The position numbers were made by a program, and so were the translations under genes. A stretch of 64,000 bases of DNA from the NCBI GenBank assembly GCA_964417895.1, contig CAYQJS010000014.1:15076-79075 (forward strand), given 5' to 3'. Below are positions 52,345 through 59,873 of the stretch, piece by piece. The notes below the pieces were generated by a model, which saw only the letters and a program-made list of their open reading frames with translations, had not been told where the DNA came from and made no database searches. Each line of letters begins with the position of its first letter. The stretch's first letter is position 1. Source of the stretch: an uncultured Chloroflexota bacterium (GTDB lineage Bacteria; Chloroflexota; UBA6077; SHYK01).

Positions 52345-54819
52345 TCAGGCTGTGTGGGCTTCCGCCCTGAGACCGAGTCTCTGCTGCGCCGCCCAGACGG
52401 CCACCTGGGCTCGCGAGGTGAACCCGAGCTTGCCGAGGATATGCTTGACGTGGAGGTTGGCCGTCCCTTCGGTGATGACGAGCGCGGCCGCGATCTGGCG
52501 ATTTGTCCGCCCGTCAGCGAGCAGACCCGCGACTTCACGCTCGCGCCGCGTCAGAGCGCCGAGCCGCGGATCCATCCCGCCGTCGCCCGCGGCAGGGGGG
52601 GTCGCCGCGGACTCGACGACCTCCAGGCCGCGCGCGACGGCTTCCTCGAAGGGCATCGCTCTTCCGAGGGCCCAGCCGTCGGCGAACGCCTGGGCGCTGA
52701 GTCTGCCGCGCGCGATGGCCACGTTGTGCTCGTATGCTGCATGGTCCGTCGGCTCGAGGACGATGCCCGCGGCCTCCGCGATCGCCTCGGCCGCGCCGAA
52801 GAGCGTGGCGGCAGCGGCCGCCCGACCGGCCATCGCCGCCACTCCGGCCAATCCCGTGAGGCACATCACCGTCCCTCTTGCATTGCCGAGCCGGCGCCAG
52901 GCCCGCAGGCTTTCCCCGAGGAGCAGCGCGGCGCGGCGCCAGTCACCCTGGGACTCCGCCACGTACCCCAGGTCATGGAGGGCCATCGCCAGGCTCCACT
53001 CATCGCCCCGCTCACGGAACAGGGCGGCAGCCTCTTCGAACAGCGATCGTGCCGCGGCGTAATCGCCTTCCTGGTACGCGACCAGCCCGAGGCCGCGGAG
53101 CGGCATGGCGAGGTCGAACCTGTCCCCTCGTTCGCGAAAGAGTCGCGCGCTCTCCTCGAACAGCGCATCGGCTGCCGCTGGATCGTCCCGCGCCACCGCC
53201 AGCCCGAGGAAATGGAGCGCGACGCCACACCCCCAGTCGTCGCCGAGCTGACGAAAGATCTCAACGCTCTCCGCCCCGAGCGCCGTTGCTGCATCATCGC
53301 CCTGGTCACGGGCGACGCGCCCGAGGAAGGTCAACGCTGGAGCTATTACGCTCGGGTCGCCCAGCTCTCGCGCAATCTCCAGGCTCTCGGTAAGAAGCGT
53401 GCGCGCCGCCGTGTAGTCGGCTTGCCAGAGCGCGAGTTGGCCGCCTGCCAGCAGCGCCTTCGCGCGGTGCCGGTTTCGTCCCCCGAGCTGCGGCAGCTCC
53501 AGGACCTCAGCACTGCGCCGCCGCCCTTCGGTCAGGTGGCCGCGTATCCACCAGAACCGCCACAGCACTGCCACCAGGCGCACCGCAAGCTCGGCCTCCC
53601 CCCGCTCGACCATCCAGCGCAGCGCAGCCCGCATGTTGTCGTGGTCTAACTCCAGCCGCTCCAGCCATGCGCCCTGCTCAGGTCCGGCCAGTGCAGCCTC
53701 CGCCTGCTCGGCCAGGGACAGGTAGTAGGTGGCGTGCTGACCGCGCAGGGCATCGAGCTCCCTGCTCGCATCCAGGCACTCCAGCGCATACTCGCGAACG
53801 GTCTCCAGCATGACGAAGCGCGTCGCACCGTCCGCGGCCCCCGAACGCCGAAGCAGATTGTTCTGTACCAGCGCCTCGAGTGCCTCGGTGACGTTCATGC
53901 CGAGGGGGCCGGGCCCGTCGCACACCGCCTCTACCGCCTGGCGCGTGCAGCCACCGACGAAGGCGCCTAGCCTCCGGTACAGCACGCGCTCGCCGGCTTG
54001 CAGCAGGGTGTAGCTCCAGCCGATGGCGGCACGGAGCGTCTGCTGCCGCGCCGGGAGGTCACGCGGGCCGCCGGCGAGGAGGCTCAATCTGCTCGACAGC
54101 AGGTTGAGCATCGATTGAGGCGGTAAGACCTTGCTGCGCGCGGCCGCCAGCTCGATGGATAGCGGCAATCCATCCAGCCGAACGCAGATTTCCGCCACTG
54201 CCAGGGCGTTCTCCGGCCCCACTACGAAATCGGGTTGAATCGCCTGCGCCCGCTCCACGAACAGCTCAACGGACGGCGGGCCTACCAGATCCCCCAGGCT
54301 CTGCCAGCGATCGAGATCCGGTAGTGCGAGGGGCGAAACGGGGAACTCATGCTCCCACCTCAGGCGGAGGGGCGCTCGACTCGTCACGAGCATCTTGATG
54401 CTCGGGCAGGCCGCGAGGAGCTCGGCAATGACGGGGGCGGCGGGCAGCACCTGCTCGAAGTTGTCCAGCACGAGAAGCGCCTGCTTGTCCCACAAGTAGT
54501 CTTTCAAGGAGTCGAGCAGGCCATGCGCGCCGGCCTCTCGGACTCCGAACGGATGGGCCATGGCGGAAGGAACCAGCGCCGGATCACTGATCGGGGCGAG
54601 ATCGACGAAACAGACGTCATGCTCGAACTCGTTGAGCAGGCTTGCCGCCACCTCCAGCGCGAGCCGGGTCTTGCCGCTGCCGGGGGCCCCGGTGAAGGTC
54701 AGGAGGCGCACATCAGGGTGCTTGAGGGTTTCCTGGGCGGCGGCAACGTCCTGGTCGCGACCGATCAGCCGCGTGGGCGGAGCTGGCAGGCTGCGGCCCT
54801 TAGGGCTCAAACCCGACAT
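52345..54819 (-). CDS. Large ATPase (NB-ARC-like)-TPR-LuxR regulator 2
   Basis: 824 aa with P-loop 'GAPGSGKTRLALEVA', multiple TPR-like repeats and a C-terminal 'LTRREREVAGLLADGRTNRQIAAALVITEGTANLHVKHILGKLG'. Confidence 0.8.
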   Translation of the reverse strand: MSGLSPKGRSLPAPPTRLIGRDQDVAAAQETLKHPDVRLLTFTGAPGSGKTRLALEVAASLLNEFEHDVCFVDLAPISDPALVPSAMAHPFGVREAGAHGLLDSLKDYLWDKQALLVLDNFEQVLPAAPVIAELLAACPSIKMLVTSRAPLRLRWEHEFPVSPLALPDLDRWQSLGDLVGPPSVELFVERAQAIQPDFVVGPENALAVAEICVRLDGLPLSIELAAARSKVLPPQSMLNLLSSRLSLLAGGPRDLPARQQTLRAAIGWSYTLLQAGERVLYRRLGAFVGGCTRQAVEAVCDGPGPLGMNVTEALEALVQNNLLRRSGAADGATRFVMLETVREYALECLDASRELDALRGQHATYYLSLAEQAEAALAGPEQGAWLERLELDHDNMRAALRWMVERGEAELAVRLVAVLWRFWWIRGHLTEGRRRSAEVLELPQLGGRNRHRAKALLAGGQLALWQADYTAARTLLTESLEIARELGDPSVIAPALTFLGRVARDQGDDAATALGAESVEIFRQLGDDWGCGVALHFLGLAVARDDPAAADALFEESARLFRERGDRFDLAMPLRGLGLVAYQEGDYAAARSLFEEAAALFRERGDEWSLAMALHDLGYVAESQGDWRRAALLLGESLRAWRRLGNARGTVMCLTGLAGVAAMAGRAAAAATLFGAAEAIAEAAGIVLEPTDHAAYEHNVAIARGRLSAQAFADGWALGRAMPFEEAVARGLEVVESAATPPAAGDGGMDPRLGALTRREREVAGLLADGRTNRQIAAALVITEGTANLHVKHILGKLGFTSRAQVAVWAAQQRLGLRAEAHTA

Positions 54820-54851
54820 GGGCCGGGTCGGATCCGGACAACGGCTGGAAG

Positions 54852-55159
54852 CCTACGCAACCGGCGCACCCATGAGCACGCCTGCGCTGAAGAAAACGTT
54901 AGACCTCTGGCGCAACACCACGCCGGCGGCCGATCCGTATCTCGATACGCTGACCACGAGCATCTTGCAGTCAGAAATGACCATCCGGACGGGCGCCAAG
55001 CGACTTATCGGCTCCATGCTCCGCCGCGTGACCTACCATTACTCGTATCACACCGGAGAGACTCAGAGCATCCGCCAGATGCTGGGCCACAAGGACCTCC
55101 CCGGGTTCATCGGTCCCATCGACGCGGGAGCGCCATATCGCCCAGAACACCCGAGCTAG
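54852..55159 (+). pseudogene. 5'-truncated DinB-family gene (C-terminal ~100 codons only)
   Basis: 'YATGAPMSTPALKKTLDLWRN...RRVTYHYSYHTGETQSIRQMLGHKDLPGFIGPIDAGAPYRPE' is colinear with residues ~68-169 of 42427-42936. Homology begins about 30 nt from the LAL-2 start codon. Confidence 0.7.
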
Positions 55160-55359
55160 ACCGCGCTAAGACCGATAACTGCCGTCGCACCTGGCTCTGG
55201 ATGATAACGACGCTCTGGTAGGCGGTCAAACAGGCCTCAACGGCTCCCACTCTGGCAGGAAACAGGGTTGGGGCGACGGCGTGACCTCGTTCCCCCTGGA
55301 TTCGGCCCGATCGATACTGGAGCGCCCTGCCGTCCGGAGTAAGCCGAAGCTGACCTAAC

Positions 55360-55429
55360 CTAACCTGCGCGACGACCTCGAAGCTCTCGCGTCCGCGGGC
55401 TCCCGATCGTCCTGCGGTTGTAGTCCAGG
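55360..55429 (-). pseudogene. ABM-like gene reduced to its leader fused to its last ~30 nt
   Basis: 55360-55389 matches the 3' end of 57216-57506 ('cgagagcttcgaggtcgtcgcgcaggtt(t)ag'). 55390 onward matches the leader 'gggagcccgcggacg' of that gene. The CDS is missing. Confidence 0.65.
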
Positions 55430-55470
55430 TCTCTATGCAGGCCAGGACTCGGCTGCCTGGGCACTTGCCC
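55430..55470 (-). promoter_or_regulatory. Operator-promoter module M6 (upstream of the deleted ABM-like gene)
   Basis: Minus strand: GGGCAAGTGCCC-AGGCAG-17 nt-TAGAGA. Confidence 0.45.
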
Positions 55471-55556
55471 GATCAGGCCCCAAGTGAACACGGCCCGAGC
55501 TCCGAGCGCGCGTTGTTCCCCGGAGGTGGCGCGGACGCCTGCGGATTCGATGCGGA

Positions 55557-56534
55557 TCAATCGGCGGTGCCCCAGCCGGACCATTCGTGCCGCAGCTCGT
55601 CCGCCATCGTCGCGCCATGGCGCACGCCAGCTTCGGCGGCTAGCGCCGATTCGCCGAATCCCGTCACCGTCGGTGAGTCGGGCGGTGGTAGAACGTGGAC
55701 CACGCTTCCGCCGTAATAACTGCGGAACCGCTCGATTGCCTGTAGGGCACGCTGCCCTGTGCCGCCGGGCGTGATCGCGACCACGACGTTGTAGCCGATC
55801 GCCCCTTCGAGATTCTCTCCCATGACCCCGCCGTCCATGTAGCGCCGCGCACCTACCGTGATCGGCGCATCTCGGCCGGGCGCTGCCCGGCTGGCCGCCA
55901 CGGCGCGCTCAATCGGGACCCCCTGGGCCCGGTCGAAGAACCGCACGGTGCCGTCATACACGTCGACGGCTGCGAGTTTTAGCGGAAGGTCCGGCCAGTC
56001 ACGCATCCCGAGGTCGGCCGCCGTACTTTGGATGCGGTCCTCCTCCAGTGCCCCGTTTGCTGTCAGCGCCATCGCCCCAATCTGAATCCGCTGGGCTACG
56101 GTCCGCTCTGGGGCTAACGGTCCCTGCCACATTCGGGATAGTTCCTGTGTGATCTGGGCGTCTTCGGGTGACTGGACGGGACCGACGGCGAATGGCGCTG
56201 GTGCGAGGGCCTGAGCGTACAGTGCGTCGAGGTCTCGGCCAGCACGGACCAAGGTGGCCACGCGCGAACCTGCGGAGGTTCCGACGAACAGATCAGCTTC
56301 CGTGAGGTCCACCCCTGCGTCGCGCATTCCCTTCAGTACACCCAGTTCCCACGCCTCTCCTACGCTGCCCCCACCGCCGAGCACGACCGCGCGCCGCAAA
56401 CCGGCGAGTTGATTCGTGGCGACCTCAGGAGCCTGCTGGCCAACCGCGGGACTCGATAGGCTGCTGGACGCGACCAGCGCCATACCGAGAGACCACAAAC
56501 TTGCGGCTATGCGGTGCCAACTCGGCGACGTCAT
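55557..56534 (-). CDS. Secreted patatin-like phospholipase
   Basis: It has a signal peptide, 'VVLGGGGSVGEAWELG' (oxyanion GGGxxG), 'GTSAGS' (GxSxG) and 'YMDGGV' (catalytic Asp). Confidence 0.8.
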   Translation of the reverse strand: MTSPSWHRIAASLWSLGMALVASSSLSSPAVGQQAPEVATNQLAGLRRAVVLGGGGSVGEAWELGVLKGMRDAGVDLTEADLFVGTSAGSRVATLVRAGRDLDALYAQALAPAPFAVGPVQSPEDAQITQELSRMWQGPLAPERTVAQRIQIGAMALTANGALEEDRIQSTAADLGMRDWPDLPLKLAAVDVYDGTVRFFDRAQGVPIERAVAASRAAPGRDAPITVGARRYMDGGVMGENLEGAIGYNVVVAITPGGTGQRALQAIERFRSYYGGSVVHVLPPPDSPTVTGFGESALAAEAGVRHGATMADELRHEWSGWGTAD

Positions 56535-56598
56535 GTCTCAGATCCTCCTCCGTTTTCCGTGTGAACCAAGGAAACTCACCATCTGGGAATTGACCGGC

Positions 56599-57147
56599 TC
56601 ACGCCGGCGGATGCCACTCCAACTTGCCGTTCATTGGACCGACGAACCCGATCGACGGGTGACCAAGCATCTGACGAATCGCGTTGATCTCGCCGATGTG
56701 AAACCAGGTGTGGAGCACAGTCCGCATCAGGCCCGTGCCGAGCGACTCATCCAGCAGTCGGCTGCCGTCCAACATTCCTGATCCGACCGTCGCCAGAGCG
56801 GCCTCGTCGGCGAGGGCGACCCAATCGGAGGTGGCTTTCGCCTGGCGGAACAGGTCTAACGCATTGGCGAGCGGAGGCGGCGCCGCAACGTCCGATCCGG
56901 AGCGAAACGGATAGACGGCCTTGCGCAGATCGGCAAACGGCTCGGTTTCCCCCTTCGCGAGAGCAGCCCGGGTCGCGACCCGGACCCACTGCCAGGAGAC
57001 GTGCCCCACGATCCACGAGATCGCATTCATCTGAGTCCCATCGGCCTTGACCAGACGCGAGCTCGCGTCTTTATCGGTGAGGTCGCCCTCAAGAGCGCGC
57101 TCGAAGCTGAACATTGCAAAGTTGGCCAGTTCCTGCGACTTGTACAT
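56599..57147 (-). CDS. DinB-family protein (second type)
   Basis: 182 aa with 'SWIVGHVSWQW' and 'HTWFHIGEINAIRQMLGH'. Confidence 0.75.
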   Translation of the reverse strand: MYKSQELANFAMFSFERALEGDLTDKDASSRLVKADGTQMNAISWIVGHVSWQWVRVATRAALAKGETEPFADLRKAVYPFRSGSDVAAPPPLANALDLFRQAKATSDWVALADEAALATVGSGMLDGSRLLDESLGTGLMRTVLHTWFHIGEINAIRQMLGHPSIGFVGPMNGKLEWHPPA

Positions 57148-57215
57148 CAGCGATCTCCTCTTGGCGATACGAAGAGAGGCCGTGCGAGTAAACCGGCTAA
57201 TGCCATTCCTGAAAG

Positions 57216-57506
57216 CTAAACCTGCGCGACGACCTCGAAGCTCTCGACAGATTGCGTCGCGATCCCCAGTTGTTGCCCGCGCTGACCGGTCACCTGTGTT
57301 ACCTGTCCCTGGCTCGCGCGCATGGAATCCTCATCCTTCCACAGGGTGATGGCGAGCACCTTGCCCGTCTGGCGGTCCATCAGCCAGAGGCCACCCTGAG
57401 AGCCGGCTTGCTGCTCGATGCGCGGCAGAATGTCCTCCTGGATGTGCCGGATCGTGTCAGCGGTGAGATTGGAAGGGCTGGCGACCGTTGTCACGCGTGC
57501 GAACAT
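57216..57506 (-). CDS. Small ABM/Dabb-fold-like protein
   Basis: ATG at 57506 after GGGGAGG. 96 aa reading 'MFARVTTVASP...GGLWLMDRQTGKVLAITLWKDEDSMRAS'. Confidence 0.6.
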   Translation of the reverse strand: MFARVTTVASPSNLTADTIRHIQEDILPRIEQQAGSQGGLWLMDRQTGKVLAITLWKDEDSMRASQGQVTQVTGQRGQQLGIATQSVESFEVVAQV

Positions 57507-57587
57507 TTGTCGGAACCTCCCCTGATCTCGGGCGATGGGCTTGCCTCCGGGACGTCCGCGGGCTCCCAATTCATCCCTGCGTTTTGC

Positions 57588-57629
57588 AGTCTAGGCCGGC
57601 CAGGACGCGGCTGCCTGGGGCAATTGCCC
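57588..57629 (-). promoter_or_regulatory. Operator-promoter module M7 (upstream of ABM-DinB-patatin)
   Basis: Minus strand: GGGCAATTGCCC-c-AGGCAG-17 nt-TAGACT. Confidence 0.5.
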
Positions 57630-57724
57630 GATATTGCGCGGCTTGAATCACCACCCGAGCTAAGAGGGCACGGTGTTGCCCGGAAGCGGGTGCGCAGGGC
57701 GCGAATGCCCGCGGGGTCGAGGCT

Positions 57725-58489
57725 TTAAACCGCTCCTGCGCGGGTCATCACCGATGCAAGCTCGGCCCTGGAATGAACGCCGAGGCGGTCGTAGATCTCC
57801 TCCAGATGCGAGCGCGCGGTTCTCCAGGAGATGCCAGCGGCTGAGGCTACGGCGTCGGCCGTCATGCCAGAGGCGAACAGGCGGGCGATGTCGAGCTGCC
57901 GCGAGGTCAGCGATGACGAGATGATGGTGCCGGAGTCCGCTGCGCGAGCGAACGGCGCGGGTGTATCCTGGTCAGCGGGAAACCACAAGCTCACGTGGAA
58001 CCCGCTCGCCCTTCCCGCGGCAGCCTCCACCGGCAACACGTGCTCGCGGACCAGGGTCATTTTCCCGCCCGGATCCTTGACGACCATGGTCCCGTCCCAC
58101 TCGCGCGTCGTTCGGTAGGTCGCGCGAAGCAGGTCCTCTTCGCCCTCGATCAGGGCTTCGATCAAATGCATGGTGCCCGGCGCCAGATTGCCTGCCTCGA
58201 CCTCCTGGTAGAGCCCCGGGAGACACTGGGCGATCTCGTCTCTCCAGCGCGGGAATCGGTCGCGATAGGGACCAACGATCGCGGCTGGCAGGAACCGCGC
58301 CGGCCACGGCAGCTCGTCACGAACAGGATCGCCGATCGTGCGCGCAAAGGCGTGGTTCACCCAGATGATGCGGTTGCAGCGGTCGGTGAGAAAAGCCATG
58401 ATCGGGAACAGATTCAGACACGCCGCGGCCACCCGCAGCTCTTGTTGCGAGGATCGGGCCTCGTCCGTGCTCGCGCGCCCACCATCCAC
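57725..58489 (-). CDS. PAS-like sensor / LuxR-type HTH one-component regulator (paralog B)
   Basis: 254 aa, colinear with 44500-45267. It has 'FLTDRCNRIIWVNHAFARTIG' and a C-terminal LuxR HTH. Confidence 0.75.
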   Translation of the reverse strand: MDGGRASTDEARSSQQELRVAAACLNLFPIMAFLTDRCNRIIWVNHAFARTIGDPVRDELPWPARFLPAAIVGPYRDRFPRWRDEIAQCLPGLYQEVEAGNLAPGTMHLIEALIEGEEDLLRATYRTTREWDGTMVVKDPGGKMTLVREHVLPVEAAAGRASGFHVSLWFPADQDTPAPFARAADSGTIISSSLTSRQLDIARLFASGMTADAVASAAGISWRTARSHLEEIYDRLGVHSRAELASVMTRAGAV

Positions 58490-58554
58490 CGTGCCTCCCT
58501 CCTCCGCCCGCGGGCGGGCGGCTTCGCGCCGACGACCGGGTTCACGATCCCGGC

Positions 58555-58596
58555 ACAGTACTCCACTCCGCGCCCCGTGTCATGGGGCATTTGCCC
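58555..58596 (-). promoter_or_regulatory. Operator-promoter module M8 (upstream of PAS-LuxR paralog B)
   Basis: Minus strand: GGGCAAATGCCC-c-ATGACA-17 nt-TACTGT. Confidence 0.55.
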
Positions 58597-58723
58597 GACA
58601 GCGCCAGACGGTCCGTGGATTGCGAGCTTGGCGGTTGCTGACCAGGCGTGCTACCCAGGCACCACCGTGATGCTCCCGACTGTGCCGCGCTCGTGATGGA
58701 TCAAGCAATAGTGCTCGCAGTGG

Positions 58724-59251
58724 CTAGGACGGGCTCCAGGCCAGCGTCTCCGTATTCCCGATCAGCTCAAGCGATGGGGTGCCGTCATCCGCGACGAGCA
58801 ACCGGATCCGGTCCTTGCCGGTCTCGTCCCGCAGGACCACATTGGCATCGCCTAGGGAGCGGCCGGCCAGCTCGGCGGACCGGCCGACGCCACCGATCCG
58901 CACGATGGGAACGCTGCCGTTCCAGAGCGCGAATCCCTGGCTGACACTTCCATCCGGGTTATCCCCCATTTCGACATGGACCCGGAGTTGTCCGTTCAGA
59001 TCAAAGATCCGCAGCGCGCCGGTGTTGCCGGGACCAGCTACCAGGTGTATGCGGTCGGTGCCGCCGTCCGTAACGATCATGGACTGTTCGGCCCGCAGGT
59101 CGGAGCTCTCTCCATCCCGCCGTTCTGGCAGCTGAGGCGGCTGCGGCTGGGCACCCGCGGAGCCCGGATCCACAAGGCTCGACGCCAAGACGGTTCCGAG
59201 GACAGCCATAGCGAAGGATACGATTCCCGATAGCGCAACCGTTCGATTCAT
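58724..59251 (-). CDS. Secreted hypothetical protein
   Basis: ATG at 59251 after GAGGAGG. 175 aa with a signal peptide and a repetitive beta-rich sequence. I recognise no family. Confidence 0.55.
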   Translation of the reverse strand: MNRTVALSGIVSFAMAVLGTVLASSLVDPGSAGAQPQPPQLPERRDGESSDLRAEQSMIVTDGGTDRIHLVAGPGNTGALRIFDLNGQLRVHVEMGDNPDGSVSQGFALWNGSVPIVRIGGVGRSAELAGRSLGDANVVLRDETGKDRIRLLVADDGTPSLELIGNTETLAWSPS

Positions 59252-59345
59252 GACAAGTGGCCTCCTCAATGCTGACTTCGATTCGCCTCTACATCTGCCG
59301 AGATCGGCGTAGCGTCGCCCCGTGGCCCGTCTTCCCGGCCCCGGC

Positions 59346-59387
59346 AGCGTACTCCGCTTCGCGGCTCGTGTCATGGGGCATTTGCCC
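59346..59387 (-). promoter_or_regulatory. Operator-promoter module M9 (upstream of the secreted hypothetical protein)
   Basis: Minus strand: GGGCAAATGCCC-c-ATGACA-17 nt-TACGCT. Confidence 0.55.
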
Positions 59388-59415
59388 GACAGCGGATGTC
59401 CGACCGGCACCCTCT

Positions 59416-59730
59416 TTACGGCTCGCGGCTGCGCTTGTTCTCGACGATGATGGCCCTGATGTCGGACTCGCCGACGTTCTCGACCGTGTGTGTCCACGCC
59501 TCATGCCACATCACGTGGCCGTCCGGTAGATCGGCCTCCACGCTTTCACCACCGGGAAGGTAGATCTTGACCTTGCTTCCCGTGATGAAGAAGACGGTTT
59601 CGTCCTGGTGAGAATGCTGCACGTCCTTCTCGCCCGCCTTCAGATTCATCTCCAGGACGCGAACCTCGTCGTTGTTCAACAGTAAGCGGTAGTTATTTGG
59701 GGAAGTTTTCGTGGGGTCAATGTAGTTCAT
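59416..59730 (-). CDS. Cupin-domain protein (paralog 2)
   Basis: ATG at 59730 after GAGGAG. 104 aa, colinear with 51873-52181. Confidence 0.8.
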   Translation of the reverse strand: MNYIDPTKTSPNNYRLLLNNDEVRVLEMNLKAGEKDVQHSHQDETVFFITGSKVKIYLPGGESVEADLPDGHVMWHEAWTHTVENVGESDIRAIIVENKRSREP

Positions 59731-59873
59731 GGGTTCTTCACTCCTCATGGCGTTATCCGGATGACGGCCCATCCAGTGTTGCTCATCGACGCGAGGCGCG
59801 GCATCGCTGGAAGTTGCTATTAGTGGAGAAAGGGATCCGTCGGGCGCCTTTGCGGGGGAATAGCAATATCTTG

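Noticed and set aside
55557-56534. Patatin-like phospholipase as an anti-phage effector (CBASS-like or other defence system).
   Set aside because: It has an N-terminal signal peptide and so is predicted to be exported. No cyclase, sensor or other defence partner is adjacent; the neighbours are ABM-like and DinB proteins.
40794-59387. Reading the repeated palindromes as integron attC sites, on the idea of a chromosomal cassette array of small same-strand genes.
   Set aside because: There is no IntI-type integrase or attI in the window. The repeat is only 12-26 bp, whereas attC sites are typically much longer. It sits upstream of genes with a fixed -35/-10 geometry, not at cassette 3' ends with R''/R' (GTTRRRY) boxes.
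40794-59387. Reading GGGCA-N2-TGCCC as a sigma54 (-24 GG / -12 GC) promoter.
   Set aside because: The GG-to-GC spacing does not fit TGGCAC-N5-TTGCW. A sigma70-like -35/17/-10 fits seven copies exactly.
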